DNA of 57,917 nucleotides from Nemertoderma westbladi. Taxonomy: Eukaryota > Animalia > Xenacoelomorpha. Positions within the stretch are counted from its first letter, which is position 1. Every line of letters begins with the position of its first letter. The DNA is taken from positions 1-57,917 of the forward strand of contig JAUCBJ010008207.1 of the NCBI GenBank assembly GCA_032718475.1, read 5' to 3'. This document shows, one piece after another, positions 1 to 14,354 of this stretch. A program made the translations under genes and the position numbers. Under the pieces are notes generated by a model. It saw only the letters and a list, made by a program, of their open reading frames with translations. It was not told the origin of the DNA and ran no database searches.

Positions 1-205
1 TACAGGTACCACAATTCCAACCGATTCCTGTTGCCCTCTAGTTGGAGACTGAGAAACTGATAAGACCCCCCACACAATTCCAGACTTTTGACAGACTACG
101 TTTACAAAGTTTGGTTTAATTTCTTCAAAGAATTTCTGAGATAGCATCAACCTGACAACCTCCAAGAACCGCTTAAAAACAATAGTTCTCCCGCTACAAA
201 AACCC

Positions 206-3200
206 AACTAACCCTATGCGTGGCCCCCTGACCCGTATGATAAACTAACCCTATGCGAGGCCCCATGACCCGTATGCTAAACTAACCCTATGCGTGACCC
301 CATGGCCCGTATGCTAAACTAACCCTATGCGTGGCCCTCTAACCCGTATGCTAAACTAACCCTATGCGTGGCCCTCTGACCCGTATGCTAAACTAACCCT
401 ATGCGTGGCCCCATGACCCGTATGATAAACTAACCCTATGCGTGGCCCCATGACCCGTATGCTAAACTAACCCTATGCGTGGCCCCATGAACCGTATGCT
501 AAACTAACCCTATGCGTGGCCCTCTGATCCGTATGCTAAACTAACCCTATGCGTGGCCCCATGACCAGTATGCTAAACTAACCCTATGCGTGGCCCTCTG
601 ATCCGCATGCTAAACTAACCCTATGCGTGGCCCTCTGACCCGTATGCTAAACTAACCCTATGCGTGGCCCCATGACCTGTATGCTAAACTAACCCTATGC
701 GTGGCCCCATGGCCCGTATGCTAAACTAACCCTATGCGTGGCCCCATGACCCGTATGCTAAACTAACCCTATGCGTGGCCCCATGACCCGTATGCTAAAC
801 TAACCCTATGCGTGGCCCTCTGACCCGTATGCTAAACTAACCCTATGCGTGGCCCTCTGATCCGTATGCTAAACTAACCATATGCGTGGCCCCATGAACC
901 GTATGCTAAACTAACCCTATGCGTGGCCCTCTGATCCGTATGCTAAACTAACCCTATGCGTGGCCCCCTGACCCGTATGATAAACTAACCCTATGCGTGG
1001 CCCCATGACCCGTATGCTAAACTAACCCTATGCGTGGCCCTCTGATCCGTATGCTAAACTAACCCTATGCGTGGCCCCATGACCCGTATGCTAAACTAAC
1101 CCTATGCGTGGCCCTCTGACCCGTATGCTAAACTAACCCTATGCGTGGCCCCCTGACCCGTATGATAAACTAACCCTATGCGAGGCCCCATGACCCGTAT
1201 GCTAAACTAACCCTATGCGTGGCCCTCTGATCCGTATGCTAAACTAACCCTATGCGTGGCCCTCTGATCCGTATGCTAAACTAACCCTATGCGTGGCCCC
1301 ATGACCCGTATGCTAAACCAACCCTATGCGTGGCCCTCTGACCCGTATGCTAAACTAACCCTATGCGTGGCCCCCTGACCCGTATGCTAAACTAACCCTA
1401 TGCGTGGCCCCATGACCCGTATGCTAAACTAACCCTATGCGTGGCCCTCTGACCCGTATGCTAAACTAACCCTATGCGTGGCCCTCTGATCCGTATGCTA
1501 AACTAACCCTATGCGTGGCCCTCTGATCCGTATGCTAAACTAACCCTATGCGTGGCCCCATGAACCGTATGCTAAACTAACCCTATGCGTGGCCCCATGA
1601 CCCGTATACTAAACTAACCCTATGCGTGGCCCCATGACCCGTATGCTAAACTAACCCTATGCGTGGCCCTCTGATCCGTATGCTAAACTAACCCTATGCG
1701 TGGCCCCATGAACCGTATGCTAAACTAACCCTATGCGTGGCCCCATGACCCGTATACTAAACTAACCCTATGCGTGGCCCCATGACCCGTATGCTAAACT
1801 AACCCTATGCGTGGCCCTCTGACCCGTATGCTAAACTAACCCTATGCGTGGCCCTCTGATCCGTATGCTAAACTAACCCTATGCGTGGCCCCATGAACCG
1901 TATGCTAAACTAACCCTATGCGTGGCCCCATGAACCGTATGCTAAACTAACCCTATGCGTGGCCCCATGACCCGTATACTAAACTAACCCTATGCGTGGC
2001 CCCATGAACCGTATGCTAAACTAACCCTATGCGTGGCTCTCTGACCCGTATGCTAAACTAACCCTATGCGTGGCCCCATGACCCGTATGCTACCCATGCG
2101 TAGCCCCATGAACCGTATGCTAAACTAACCCTATGCGTGGCCCTCATGATCCGTATGCTAAACCAACCCTATGCGTGGCCCCATGACCCGTATGCTAAAC
2201 TAACCCTATGCGTGGCCCTCTGATCCGTATGCTAAACTAACCCTATGCGTGGCCCCATGAACCGTATGCTAAACTAACCCTATGCGTGGCCCTCTGACCC
2301 GTATGCTAAACTAACCCTATGCGTGGCCCCATGACCCGTATGCTACCCATGCGTAGCCCCATGAACCGTATGCTAAACTAACCCTATGCGTGGCCCTCTG
2401 ATCCGTATGCTAAACTAACCCTATGCGTGGCCCCATGACCCGTATGCTAAACTAACCCTATGCGTGGCCCCTGATCCGTATGCTAAACTAACCCTATGCG
2501 TGGCCCCATGAACCGTATGCTAAACTAACCCTATGCGTGGCCCTCTGACCCGTATGCTAAACTAACCCTATGCGTGGCCCCATGGCCCGTATGCTAAACT
2601 AACCCTATGCGTGGCCCTCTGATCCGTATGCTAAACTAACCCTATGCGTGGCCCCATGACCCGTATGCTAAACTAACCCTATGCGTGGCCCTCTGATCCG
2701 TATGCTAAACTAACCCTATGCGTGGCCCCATGAACCGTATGCTAAACTAACCCTATGCGTGGCTCTCTGACCCGTATGCTAAACTAACCCTATGCGTGGC
2801 CCCATGACCCGTATGCTACCCATGCGTAGCCCCATGAACCGTATGCTAAACTAACCCTATGCGTGGCCCTCTGACCCGTATACTAAACTAACCCTATGCG
2901 TAGCCCCATGAACCGTATGCTAAACTAACCCTATGCGTGGCCCCATGAACCGTATGCTAAACTAACCCTATGCGTGGCCCCATGAACCGTATACTAAACT
3001 AACCCTATGCGTGGCCCCATGAACCGTATGCTAAACTAACCCTATGCGTGGCCCCATGAACCGTATGCTAAACTAACCCTATGCGTGGCCCTCTGATCCG
3101 TATGCTAAACTAACCCTATGCGTGGCCCCACAACCCGTATACTAAACTAACCCTATGCGTGGCCCCATGAACCGTATGCTAAACTAACCCTATGCGTGGC

Positions 3201-6200
3201 CCCATGGTCCGTATACTAAACTAACCCTATACGTGGCCCTCTGATCCGTATGCTAAACTAACCCTATGCGTGGCCCCATGAACCGTATGCTAAACTAACC
3301 CTATGCGTGGCCCTCTGATCCGTATACTAAACTAACCCTATGCGTGGCCCCATGAACCGTATGCTAAACTAACCCTATGCGTGGCCCCATGGTCCGTATG
3401 CTAAACTAACCCTATGCGTGGCCCTCTGATCCGTATGCTAAACTAACCCTATGCGTGGCCCCATGGTCCGTATACTAAACTAACCCTATGCGTGGCCCTC
3501 TGATCCGTATACTAAACTAACCCTATGCGTGGCCCCATGGCCCGTATGCTAAACTAACCCTATGCGTGGCCCCATGACCCGTATGCTAAACTAACCCTAT
3601 GCGTGGCCCTCTGATCCGTATGCTAAACTAACCCTATGCGTGGCCCCATGACCCGTATGCTAAACCAACCCTATGCGTGGCCCTCTGATCCGTATGCTAA
3701 ACTAACCGTATGCGTGGCCCCATGACCCGTATGCTAAACCAACCCTATGCGTGGCCCTCTGATCCGTATGCTAAACTAACCCTATGCGTGGCCCCATGAA
3801 CCGTATGCTAAACTAACCCTATGCGTGGCTCTCTGATCTGTATGCTAAACTAACCCTATGCGTGGCCCCATGACCCGTATGCTACACTAACCCTATGCGT
3901 GGCCCCATGGTCCGTATACTAAACTAACCCTATGCGTGGCCCCATGAACCGTATGCTAAACTAACCCTATGCGTGGCCCTCTGATCCGTATGCTAAACTA
4001 ACCCTATGCGTGGCCCTCTGACCCGTATGCTAAACTAACCCTATGCGTGGCCCTCTGATCCGTATGCTAAACTAACCCTATGCGTGGCCCCATGAACCGT
4101 ATGCTAAACTAACCCTATGCGTGGCCCTCTGACCCGTATACTAAACTAACCCTATGCGTGGCCCTCTGACCCGTATGCTAAACTAACCCTATGCGTGGCC
4201 CTCTGACCCGTATGCTAAACTAACCCTATGCGTGGCCCTCTGATCCGTATGCTAAACTAACCCTATGCGTGGCCCCATGACCCGTATGCTAAACTAACCC
4301 TATGCGTGGCCCTCTGGTCCGTATGCTAAACTAACCCTATGCGTGGCCCTCTGATCCGTATGCTAAACTAACCCTATGCGTGGCCCCATGAACCGTATGC
4401 TAAACTAACCCTATGCGTGGCTCTCTGACCCGTATGCTAAACTAACCCTATGCGTGGCCCCATGACCCGTATGCTAAACTAACCCTATGCGTGGCCCCAC
4501 AACCCGTATACTAAACTAACCCTATGCGTGGCCCCATGGTCCGTATGCTAAACAAACCCTATGCGTGGCCCCACAACCCGTATACTAAACTAACCCTATG
4601 CGTGGCCCCATGACCCGTATGCTAAACTAACCCTATGCGTGGCCCCACAACCCGTATACTAAACTAACCCTATGCGTGGCCCCATGACCCGTATGCTAAA
4701 CTAACCCTATGCGTGGCCCCATGGTCCGTATACTAAACTAACCCTATGCGTGGCCCCATGACCCGTATGCTAAACTAACCCTATGCGTGGCCCCACAACC
4801 CGTATGCTAAACTAACCCTATGCGTGGCCCCATGAACCGTATGCTAAACTAACCCTATGCGTGGCCCCATGACCCGTATGCTAAACTAACCCTATGCGTG
4901 GCCCCATGAACCGTATGCTAAACTAACCCTATGCGTGGCCCCATGAACCGTATGCTAAACTAACCCTATGCGTGGCCCCATGACCCGTATGCTAAACTAA
5001 CCCTATGCGTGGCCCCATGACCCGTATGCTAAACTAACCCTATGCGTGGCCCCATGACCCGTATGCTAAACTAACCCTATGCGTGGCCCTCTGATCCGTA
5101 TGCTAAACTAACCCTATGCGTGGCCCCATGACCCGTATGCTAAACTAACCCTATGCGTGGCCCTCTGATCCGTATGCTAAACTAACCCTATGCGTGGCCC
5201 CATGAACCGTATGCTAAACTAACCCTATGCGTGGCTCTCTGATCCGTATGCTAAACTAACCCTATGCGTGGCCCCATGACCCGTATGCTAAACTAACCCT
5301 ATGCGTGGCCCCATGGTCCGTATGCTAAACTAACCCTATGCGTGGCCCCATGACCCGTATGCTAAACTAACCCTATGCGTGGCCCTCTGATCCGTATGCT
5401 AAACTAACCCTATGCGTGGCCCTCTGACCCGTATGCTAAACTAACCCTATGCGTGGCCCTCTGATCCGTATGCTAAACTAACCCTATGCGTGGCCCCATG
5501 AACCGTATGCTAAACTAACCCTATGCGTGGCCCTCTGATCCGTATGCTAAACTAACCCTATGCGTGGCCCCATGACCCGTATGCTAAACTAACCCTATGC
5601 GTGGCCCCACAACCCGTATACTAAACTAACCCTATGCGTGGCCCCATGGTCCGTATGCTAAACTAACCCTATGCGTGGCCCCACAACCCGTATACTAAAC
5701 TAACCCTATGCGTGGCCCCATGACCCGTATGCTAAACTAACCCTATGCGTGGCCCCATGAACCGTATGCTAAACTAACCCTATGCGTGGCCCTCTGACCC
5801 GTATGCTAAACTAACCCTATGCGTGGCCCCATGACCCGTATGCTAAACTAACCCTATGCGTGGCCCCACAACCCGTATGCTAAACTAACCCTATGCGTGG
5901 CCCCATGACCCGTATGCTAAACTAACCCTATGCGTGGCCCCATGACCCGTATGCTAAACTAACCCTATGCGTGGCCCTCTGACCCGTATGCTAAACTAAC
6001 CCTATGCGTGGCCCCCTGACCCGTATGATAAACTAACCCTATGCGAGGCCCCATGACCCGTATGCTAAACTAACCCTATGCGTGGCCCTCTGATCCGTAT
6101 GCTAAACTAACCCTATGCGTGGCCCTCTGATCCGTATGCTAAACTAACCCTATGCGTGGCCCCATGACCCGTATGCTAAACTAACCCTATGCGTGGCCCT

Positions 6201-7888
6201 CTGACCCGTATGCTAAACTAACCCTATGCGTGGCCCCCTGACCCGTATGCTAAACTAACCCTATGCGTGGCCCCATGACCCGTATGCTAAACTAACCCTA
6301 TGCGTGGCCCTCTGACCCGTATGCTAAACTAACCCTATGCGTGGCCCTCTGATCCGTATGCTAAACTAACCCTATGCGTGGCCCTCTGATCCGTATGCTA
6401 AACTAACCCTATGCGTGGCCCCATGACCCGTATGCTAAACTAACCCTATGCGTGGCCCCATGACCCGTATACTAAACTAACCCTATGCGTGGCCCCATGA
6501 CCCGTATGCTAAACTAACCCTATGCGTGGCCCTCTGATCCGTATGCTAAACTAACCCTATGCGTGGCCCCATGACCCGTATGCTAAACTAACCCTATGCG
6601 TGGCCCCATGACCCGTATACTAAACTAACCCTATGCGTGGCCCCATGACCCGTATGCTAAACTAACCCTATGCGTGGCCCTCTGACCCGTATGCTAAACT
6701 AACCCTATGCGTGGCCCTCTGATCCGTATGCTAAACTAACCCTATGCGTGGCCCCATGAACCGTATGCTAAACTAACCCTATGCGTGGCCCCATGAACCG
6801 TATGCTAAACTAACCCTATGCGTGGCCCCATGACCCGTATACTAAACTAACCCTATGCGTGGCCCCATGAACCGTATGCTAAACTAACCCTATGCGTGGC
6901 CCTCTGACCCGTATGCTAAACTAACCCTATGCGTGGCCCCATGACCCGTATGCTAAACTAACCCTATGCGTGGCCCCATGAACCGTATGCTAAACTAACC
7001 CTATGCGTGGCCCTCTGATCCGTATGCTAAACTAACCCTATGCGTGGCCCCATGACCCGTATGCTAAACTAACCCTATGCGTGGCCCTCTGATCCGTATG
7101 CTAAACTAACCCTATGCGTGGCCCCATGAACCGTATGCTAAACTAACCCTATGCGTGGCCCTCTGACCCGTATGCTAAACTAACCCTATGCGTGGCCCCA
7201 TGACCCGTATGCTAAACAACCCTATGCGTGGCCCCATGAACCGTATGCTAAACTAACCCTATGCGTGGCCCTCTGATCCGTATGCTAAACTAACCCTATG
7301 CGTGGCCCCATGACCCGTATGCTAAACTAACCCTATGCGTGGCCCCTGATCCGTATGCTAAACTAACCCTATGCGTGGCCCCATGAACCGTATGCTAAAC
7401 TAACCCTATGCGTGGCCCTCTGACCCGTATGCTAAACTAACCCTATGCGTGGCCCCATGACCCGTATGCTACCCATGCGTAGCCCCATGAACCGTATGCT
7501 AAACTAACCCTATGCGTGGCCCTCTGATCCGTATGCTAAACTAACCCTATGCGTGGCCCCATGACCCGTATGCTAAACTAACCCTATGCGTGGCCCTCTG
7601 ATCCGTATGCTAAACTAACCCTATGCGTGGCCCCATGAACCGTATGCTAAACTAACCCTATGCGTGGCTCTCTGACCCGTATGCTAAACTAACCCTATGC
7701 GTGGCCCCATGACCCGTATGCTACCCATGCGTAGCCCCATGAACCGTATGCTAAACTAACCCTATGCGTGGCCCTCTGACCCGTATACTAAACTAACCCT
7801 ATGCGTAGCCCCATGAACCGTATGCTAAACTAACCCTATGCGTAGCCCCATGAACCGTATGCTAAACTAACCCTATGCGTGGCCCCAT
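206..7888. repeat. 37-bp tandem array, ~208 copies (CTAAACTAACCCTATGCGTGGCCCCATGACCCGTATG)
   Basis: Period read directly (TAAACTAACC at 241 and 278). Recurrent variants CCCAT/CCTCT and GACC/GATC/GAAC, plus a shortened unit (GCTACCCATGCGTAG) near 2090, 2345, 2815, 7470, 7720. Confidence 0.97.
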
Positions 7889-10800
7889 AAAAATAATACG
7901 AGTTAGAGAGGGGGGTTAGGGTGGATGTCTGTAAGGGAAAAATAATAAGAGTTAGAGAGGGGGGTTAAGGGGGAAGTCTGTAAGGGAAAAATAATACGAG
8001 TTAGAGAGGGGGGTTAGGGTGGATGTCTGTAAGGGAAAAATAATAAGAGTTAGAGAGGGGGGTTAAGGGGGAAGTCTGTAAGGGAAAAATAATACGAGTT
8101 AGAGAGGGGGGTTAGGGTGGATGTCTGTAAGGGAAAAATAATAAGAGTTAGAGAGGGGGGTTAAGGGGGAAGTCTGTAAGGGAAAAATAATACGAGTTAG
8201 AGAGGGGGGTTAGGGTGGATGTCTGTAAGGGAAAAATAATAAGAGTTAGAGAGGGGGGTTAGGGGGAAGTCTCTAAGGGAGAAATAATAAGAGTTAGAGA
8301 GGGGGGTTAGGGTGGATGTCTGTAAGGGAAAAATAATACGAGTTAGAGAGGGGGGTTAGGGGGGGAAGTCTGTAAGGGAAAAATAATAAGAGTTAGAGAG
8401 GGGGGTTAGAGGGATGTCTGTAAGGGAAAAATAGTAAGAGTTAGAGAGGGGGGTTAGGGGGGAAGTCTGTAAGGGAAAAATAATAAGAGTTAGAGAGGGG
8501 GGTTAGAGGGATGTCTGTAAGGGAAAAATAATAAGAGTTAGAGAGGGGGGTTAGGGGGGAAGTCTGTAAGGGAAAAATAATAAGAGTTAGAGAGGGGGTT
8601 AGGGTAAAGTCTGTAAGGGAAACAAAATAAGAGTTAGAGAGGGGGGTTCAGGGGGAAGTCTGTAAGGGAAAAATAATAAGAGTTAGAGAGGGGGGTTAGG
8701 GGGGAAGTCTGTAAGGGAAAAATAATAAGAGTTAGAGAGGGGGGTTAGGGGGGAAGTCTGTAAGGGAAAAATAATAAGAGTTAGAGAGGGGGGTTAGGGG
8801 GGAAGTCTGTATGGGAAACAAAATAAGAGTTAGAGAGGGGGGTTAGGGGGGAAGTCTGTAAGGGAGAAATAATAAGAGTTAGAGAGGGGGGTTAGGGGGA
8901 AGTCTGTAAGGGAAAAATAATAAGAGTTAGAGAGGGGGTTAAAGGGGAAGTCTGTAAGGGAAAAATAATAAGAGTTAGAGGGGTTTAGGGGGGAAGTCTG
9001 TAAGGGAAAAATAATAAGAGTTAGAGAGGGGGTTAGGGGGGGGAAGTCTGTAAGGGAAAAATAATAAGAGTTAGAGGGGGGTTAGGGGGAGTCTGTAAGG
9101 GAGAAATAATAAGAGTTAGAGAGGGGGGTTAGGGGGAAGTCTGTATGGGAAACATAATAAGAGTTAGAGAGGGGGGTTAAGGGGGAAGTCTGTAAGGGAA
9201 AAATAATAAGAGTTGGAGAGGGGGTTAGGGGGGAAGTCTGTAAGGGAAAAATAATACGAGTTAGAGAGGGGGGTTAGGGGGGAAGTCTGTAAGGGAAAAA
9301 TAATAAGAGTTAGAGAGGGGGGTTAAGGGGGAAGTCTGTAAGGGAAAAATAATAAGAGTTAGAGAGGGGGGTTAGGGGGGAAGTCTGTAAGGGAAAAATA
9401 ATAAGAGTTAGAGAGGGGGGTTAAGGGGAAAGTCTGTAAGGGAAAAATAATAAGAGTTAGAGAGGGGGTTAGGGGGGAAGTCTGTAAGGGAAAAATAATA
9501 CGAGTTAGAGAGGGGGGTTAGGGGGGAAGTCTGTAAGGGAAAAATAATAAGAGTTAGAGAGGGGGGTTAAGGGGGAAGTCTGTAAGGGAAAAATAATACG
9601 AGTTAGAGAGGGGGGTTAGGGTGGATGTCTGTAAGGGAAAAATAATAAGAGTTAGAGAGGGGGGTTAGGGGGGAAGTCTGTAAGGGAAAAATAATAAGTG
9701 TTAGAGAGGGGGGTTAGGGGGGAAGTCTGTAAGGGAAAAATAATACGAGTTAGAGAGGGGGGTTAGGGGGGAAGTCTGTAAGGGAAAAATAATAAGTGTT
9801 AGAGAGGGGGGTTAAGGGGGAAGTCTGTAAGGGAAAAATAATACGAGTTAGAGAGGGGGGTTAGGGTGGATGTCTGTAAGGGAAAAATAATAAGAGTTAG
9901 AGAGGGGGGTTAGGGGGGAAGTCTGTAAGGGAAAAATAATACGAGTTAGAGAGGGGGGTTAGGGGGGAAGTCTGTAAGGGAAAAATAATAAGTGTTAGAG
10001 AGGGGGGTTAAGGGGGAAGTCTGTAAGGGAAAAATAATACGAGTTAGAGAGGGGGGTTAGGGTGGATGTCTGTAAGGGAAAAATAATAAGAGTTAGAGAG
10101 GGGGGTTAGGGGGGAAGTCTCTAAGGGAGAAATAATAAGAGTTAGAGAGGGGGGTTAGGGTGGATGTCTGTAAGGGAAAAATAATACGAGTTAGAGAGGG
10201 GGGTTAGGGTGGATGTCTGTAAGGGAAAAATAATAAGAGTTAGAGAGGGGGGTTAGAGGGATGTCTGTAAGGGAAAAATAATAAGAGTTAGAGAGGGGGG
10301 TTAGGGGGGAAGTCTGTAAGGGAAAAATAATAAGAGTTAGAGAGGGGGGTTAGGGGGGGAGTCTGTAAGGGAAAAATAATAAGAGTTAGAGAGGGGGGTT
10401 AGGGGGGAAGTCTGTAAGGGAAAAATAATAAGAGTTAGAGAGGGGGGTTAGGGGGAAGTCTGTATGGGAAACAAAATAAGAGTTAGAGAGGGGGGTTAAG
10501 GGGGAAGTCTGTAAGGGAGAAATAATAAGAGTTAGAGAGGGGGGTTAGGGGGGAAGTCTGTAAGGGAAAAATAATAAGAGTTAGAGAGGGGGGTTAGGGG
10601 GGGGAAGTCTGTAAGGGAAAAATAATAAGAGTTAGAGAGGGGGTTAGGGGGGGGAAGTCTGTAAGGGAAAAATAATAAGAGTTAGAGGGGGGTTTAGGGG
10701 GGGAAGTCTGTAAGGGAAAAATAATAAGAGTTAGAGGGGGGTTAGGGGGAGTCTGTAAGGGAGAAATAATAAGAGTTAGAGAGGGGGGTTAGGGGGAAGT

Positions 10801-13626
10801 CTGTATGGGAAACATAATAAGAGTTAGAGAGGGGGGTTAGGGGGGGAAGTCTGTAAGGGAAAAATAATAAGAGTTAGAGAGGGGGGTTAGGGGGGATGTC
10901 TGTAAGGGAAAAATAATAAGAGTTAGAGAGGGGGGTTAGGGGGGAAGTCTGTAAGGGAAAAATAATAAGAGTTAGTGAGGGGGGGCTAAGGGGGAAGTCT
11001 GTAAGGGAAAAATAATAAGAGTTAGAGAGCGGGGTTAGGGGGAAGTCTGTAAGGGAAAAATAATAAGAGTTAGAGAGGGGGGTTAGGGGGATGTGTGTAG
11101 GGGAAAAATAATAAGAGTTAGAGAGGGGGGTTAGGGGGGAAGTCTGTAAGGGAAAAATAATAAGTGTTAGAGAGGGGGGTTAGGGGCGAAGTCTGTAAGG
11201 GAAAAATAATTAGAGAGGGGGGTTAGGGGCGAAGTCTGTAAGGGAAAAATAATAAGAGTTAGAGAGGGGGGTTAGGGGGATGTGTGTAGGGGAAAAATAA
11301 TAAGAGTTAGAGAGGGGGGTTAGGGGGATGTGTGTAAAGGAAAAATAATAAGAGTTAGAGAGGGGGGTTAGAGGGGAAGTCTGTAAGGGAAAAATAATAA
11401 GAGTTAGAGAGGGGGGTTAGGGGGGAAGTCTGTAAGGGAAAAATAATAAGAGTTAGAGAGGGGGGTTAGGGGGGATGTCTGTAAGGGAAAAATAATAAGA
11501 GTTAGAGAGGGGGGTTAGGGGGGAAGTCTGTAAGGGAAAAATAATAAGAGTTAGAGAGGGGGTTAGGGGGGAAGTCTGTAAGGGAAAAATAATAAGAGTT
11601 AGAGAGGGGGGTTAGGGGGAAGTCTGTAAGGGAAAAATAATAAGAGTTAGAGAGGGGGGTTAGGGGGATGTGTGTAAAGGAAAAATAATAAGAGTTAGAG
11701 AGGGGGGTTAGGGGGGAAGTCTGTAAGGGAAAAATAATAAGAGTTAGAGAGGGGGGTTAGGGGGGAAGTCTGTAAGGGAAAAATAATAAGAGTTAGAGAG
11801 GGGGGTTAGGGGGATGTGTGTAAAGGAAAAATAATAATAGTTAGAGAGGGGGGTTAGGGGGGAAGTCTGTAAGGGAAAAATAATAAGAGTTAGAGAGGGG
11901 GGTTAAGGGGGAAGTCTGTAAGGGAAAAATAATAAGAGTTAGAGAGGGGGGTTAGGGGGGAAGTCTGTAAGGGAAAAATAATAAGAGTTAGAGAGGGGGG
12001 TTAGGGGGATGTGTGTAAAGGAAAAATAATAAGAGTTAGAGAGGGGGGTTAGGGGGGAAGTCTGTAAGGGAAAAATAATAAGAGTTAGAGAGGGGGGTTA
12101 AGGGGGAAGTCTGTAAGGGAAAAATAATAAGAGTTAGAGAGGGGGGTTAAGGGGGAAGTCTGTAAGGGAAAAATAATAAGAGTTAGAGAGGGGGGTTAGG
12201 GGGGGGAAGTCTGTAAGGGAAAAATAATAAGAGTTAGAGAGGGGGGTTAGGGGGGAAGTCTGTAAGGGAAAAATAATAAGAGTTAGAGAGGGGGGTTAAG
12301 GGGGAAGTCTGTAAGGGAAAAATAATAAGAGTTAGAGAGGGGGGTTAGGGGGATGTGTGTAAAGGAAAAATAATAAGAGTTAGAGAGGGGGGTTAGGGGG
12401 GAAGTCTGTAAGGGAAAAATAATAATAGTTAGAGAGGGGGGTTAAGGGGGAAGTCTGTAAGGGAAAAATAATAAGAGTTAGAGAGGGGGGTTAAGGGGGA
12501 AGTCTGTAAGGGAAAAATAATAAGAGTTAGAGAGGGGGGTTAGGGGGGAAGTCTGTAAGGGAAAAATAATAAGAGTTAGAGAGGGGGGTTAGGGGGATGT
12601 GTGTAAAGGAAAAATAATAAGAGTTAGAGAGGGGGGTTAGGGGGGAAGTCTGTAAGGGAAAAATAATAAGAGTTAGAGAGGGGGGTTAAGGGGGAAGTCT
12701 GTAAGGGAAAAATAATAAGAGTTAGAGAGGGGGGTTAGGGGGGAAGTCTGTAAGGGAAAAATAATAAGAGTTAGAGAGGGGGGTTAGGGGGATGTGTGTA
12801 AAGGAAAAATAATAAGAGTTAGAGAGGGGGGTTTGGGGGGAAGTCTGTAAGGGAAAAATAATAAGAGTTAGAGAGGGGGGTTAGGGGGGAAGTCTGTAAG
12901 GGAAAAATAATAAGAGTTAGAGAGGGGGGTTTGGGGGGAAGTCTGTAAGGGAAAAATAATAAGAGTTAGAGAGGGGGGTTAGGGGGGAAGTCTGTAAGGG
13001 AAAAATAATAAGAGTTAGAGAGGGGGGTTAGGGGGGTGTCTGTAAGGGAAAAATAATAAGAGTTAGAGAGGGGGGTTAAGGGGGAAGTCTGTAAGGGAAA
13101 AATAATAAGAGTTAGAGAGGGGGGTTAGGGGGGAAGTCTGTAAGGGAAAAATAATAAGAGTTAGAGAGGGGGGTTAAGGGGGGAAGCCTGTAAGGGAAAA
13201 ATAATAAGAGTTAGAGAGGGGGGTTAGGGGGGAAGTCTGTAAGGGAAAAATAATAAGAGTTAGAGAGGGGGGTTAGGGGGGTGTCTGTAAGGGAAAAATA
13301 ATAAGAGTTAGAGAGGGGGGTTAAGGGGGAAGTCTGTAAGGGAAAAATAATAAGAGTTAGAGAGGGGGGTTAGGGGGGAAGTCTGTAAGGGAAAAATAAT
13401 AAGAGTTAGAGAGGGGGGTTAAGGGGGGAAGCCTGTAAGGGAAAAATAATAAGAGTTAGAGAGGGGGGTTAGGGGGGAAGTCTGTAAGGGAAAAATAATA
13501 AGAGTTAGAGAGGGGGGTTAAGGGGGGAAGCCTGTAAGGGAAAAATAATAAGAGTTAGAGAGGGGGGTTAGGGGGGAAGTCTGTAAGGGAAAAATAATAA
13601 GAGTTAGAGAGGGGGTTAGGGGGATG
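7889..13626. repeat. 49-bp G-rich tandem array, ~117 copies (AAAAATAATAAGAGTTAGAGAGGGGGGTTAGGGGGGAAGTCTGTAAGGG)
   Basis: GAGTTAG at 11401 and 11450. Strong purine strand bias. Abuts the 37-bp array with no spacer. Confidence 0.97.
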
Positions 13627-13966
13627 AAAGAACGACAGGTTCATTCATGGTACCCCTACGCTAATGCTCACCGTACTTCGTGGCTCGCCCCACAACAGAA
13701 CGACAACAGACAGCAGACACTCTGATTGAGTTTGTGATACCCGCATGCTAGCTCGCTTACTTTTGTGGCACTCCCCACAATAAACCAGAAGATGCCCCCA
13801 TATTGCCCATATTAATTATCTCAATGTCTTAGGAATTAAGACTCGGCATATACAACACTGTGCAGTAACTGATAGTAATCAGTATTGCAAAATACTGAAT
13901 TCATGATGTAGAGTGTTATCCGGACATTTTGTGTGTTTGACGTTTGACTGTTTTCCTACGACTTAC

Positions 13967-13981
13967 CGGCGATATGTGGAG
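13967..13981 (-). CDS. candidate 15-nt micro-exon of the minus-strand gene
   Basis: Minus strand reads tttcag|CTCCACATATCGCCG|gtaagt. Both splice sites are consensus and the phase (1-1) fits the exon at 16602-16636. No other support. Confidence 0.25.
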
Positions 13982-14354
13982 CTGAAACTTAGCAGAAGTA
14001 CTTTTAGGACTGCGATCTACTGTTATTCAAAATGTTTGTGGCTATTTTTGATAACGGTCAAACCATTTTCGCCGACCTCATGTCGACAGCCTATGGCACC
14101 TCTGCAGTTTCACGTGAGGTTGTTCTCTCCACGGATTCAATTAACCGGGATGGCCAGGTCATTTGTTGGGTTCGCGCAGATATTGTGGCTCGGAGAGTGT
14201 GGGTTAGTCTGAGGGAGGCGTAGTTCGAAATTGCGGATTGCGGTTGTAAACGCGGACGCCCTAGCTAGACGCTCAACCAGTTCCAACTTGGAACAGCGCT
14301 GCCGGGCCAAGAGGGCACATTACCGTGAGGTGTGTGAAGACCGTCAGCTCGCCT

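Noticed and set aside
1-205. Possible Helitron-like non-autonomous repeat next to the 37-bp array
   Set aside because: Only a vague resemblance; no diagnostic termini visible and truncated by the window edge.
206-13626. True telomere or telomere-fusion site
   Set aside because: No tandem (TTAGGG)n, only one 9-nt word per unit, and the orientation is opposite to a fusion.
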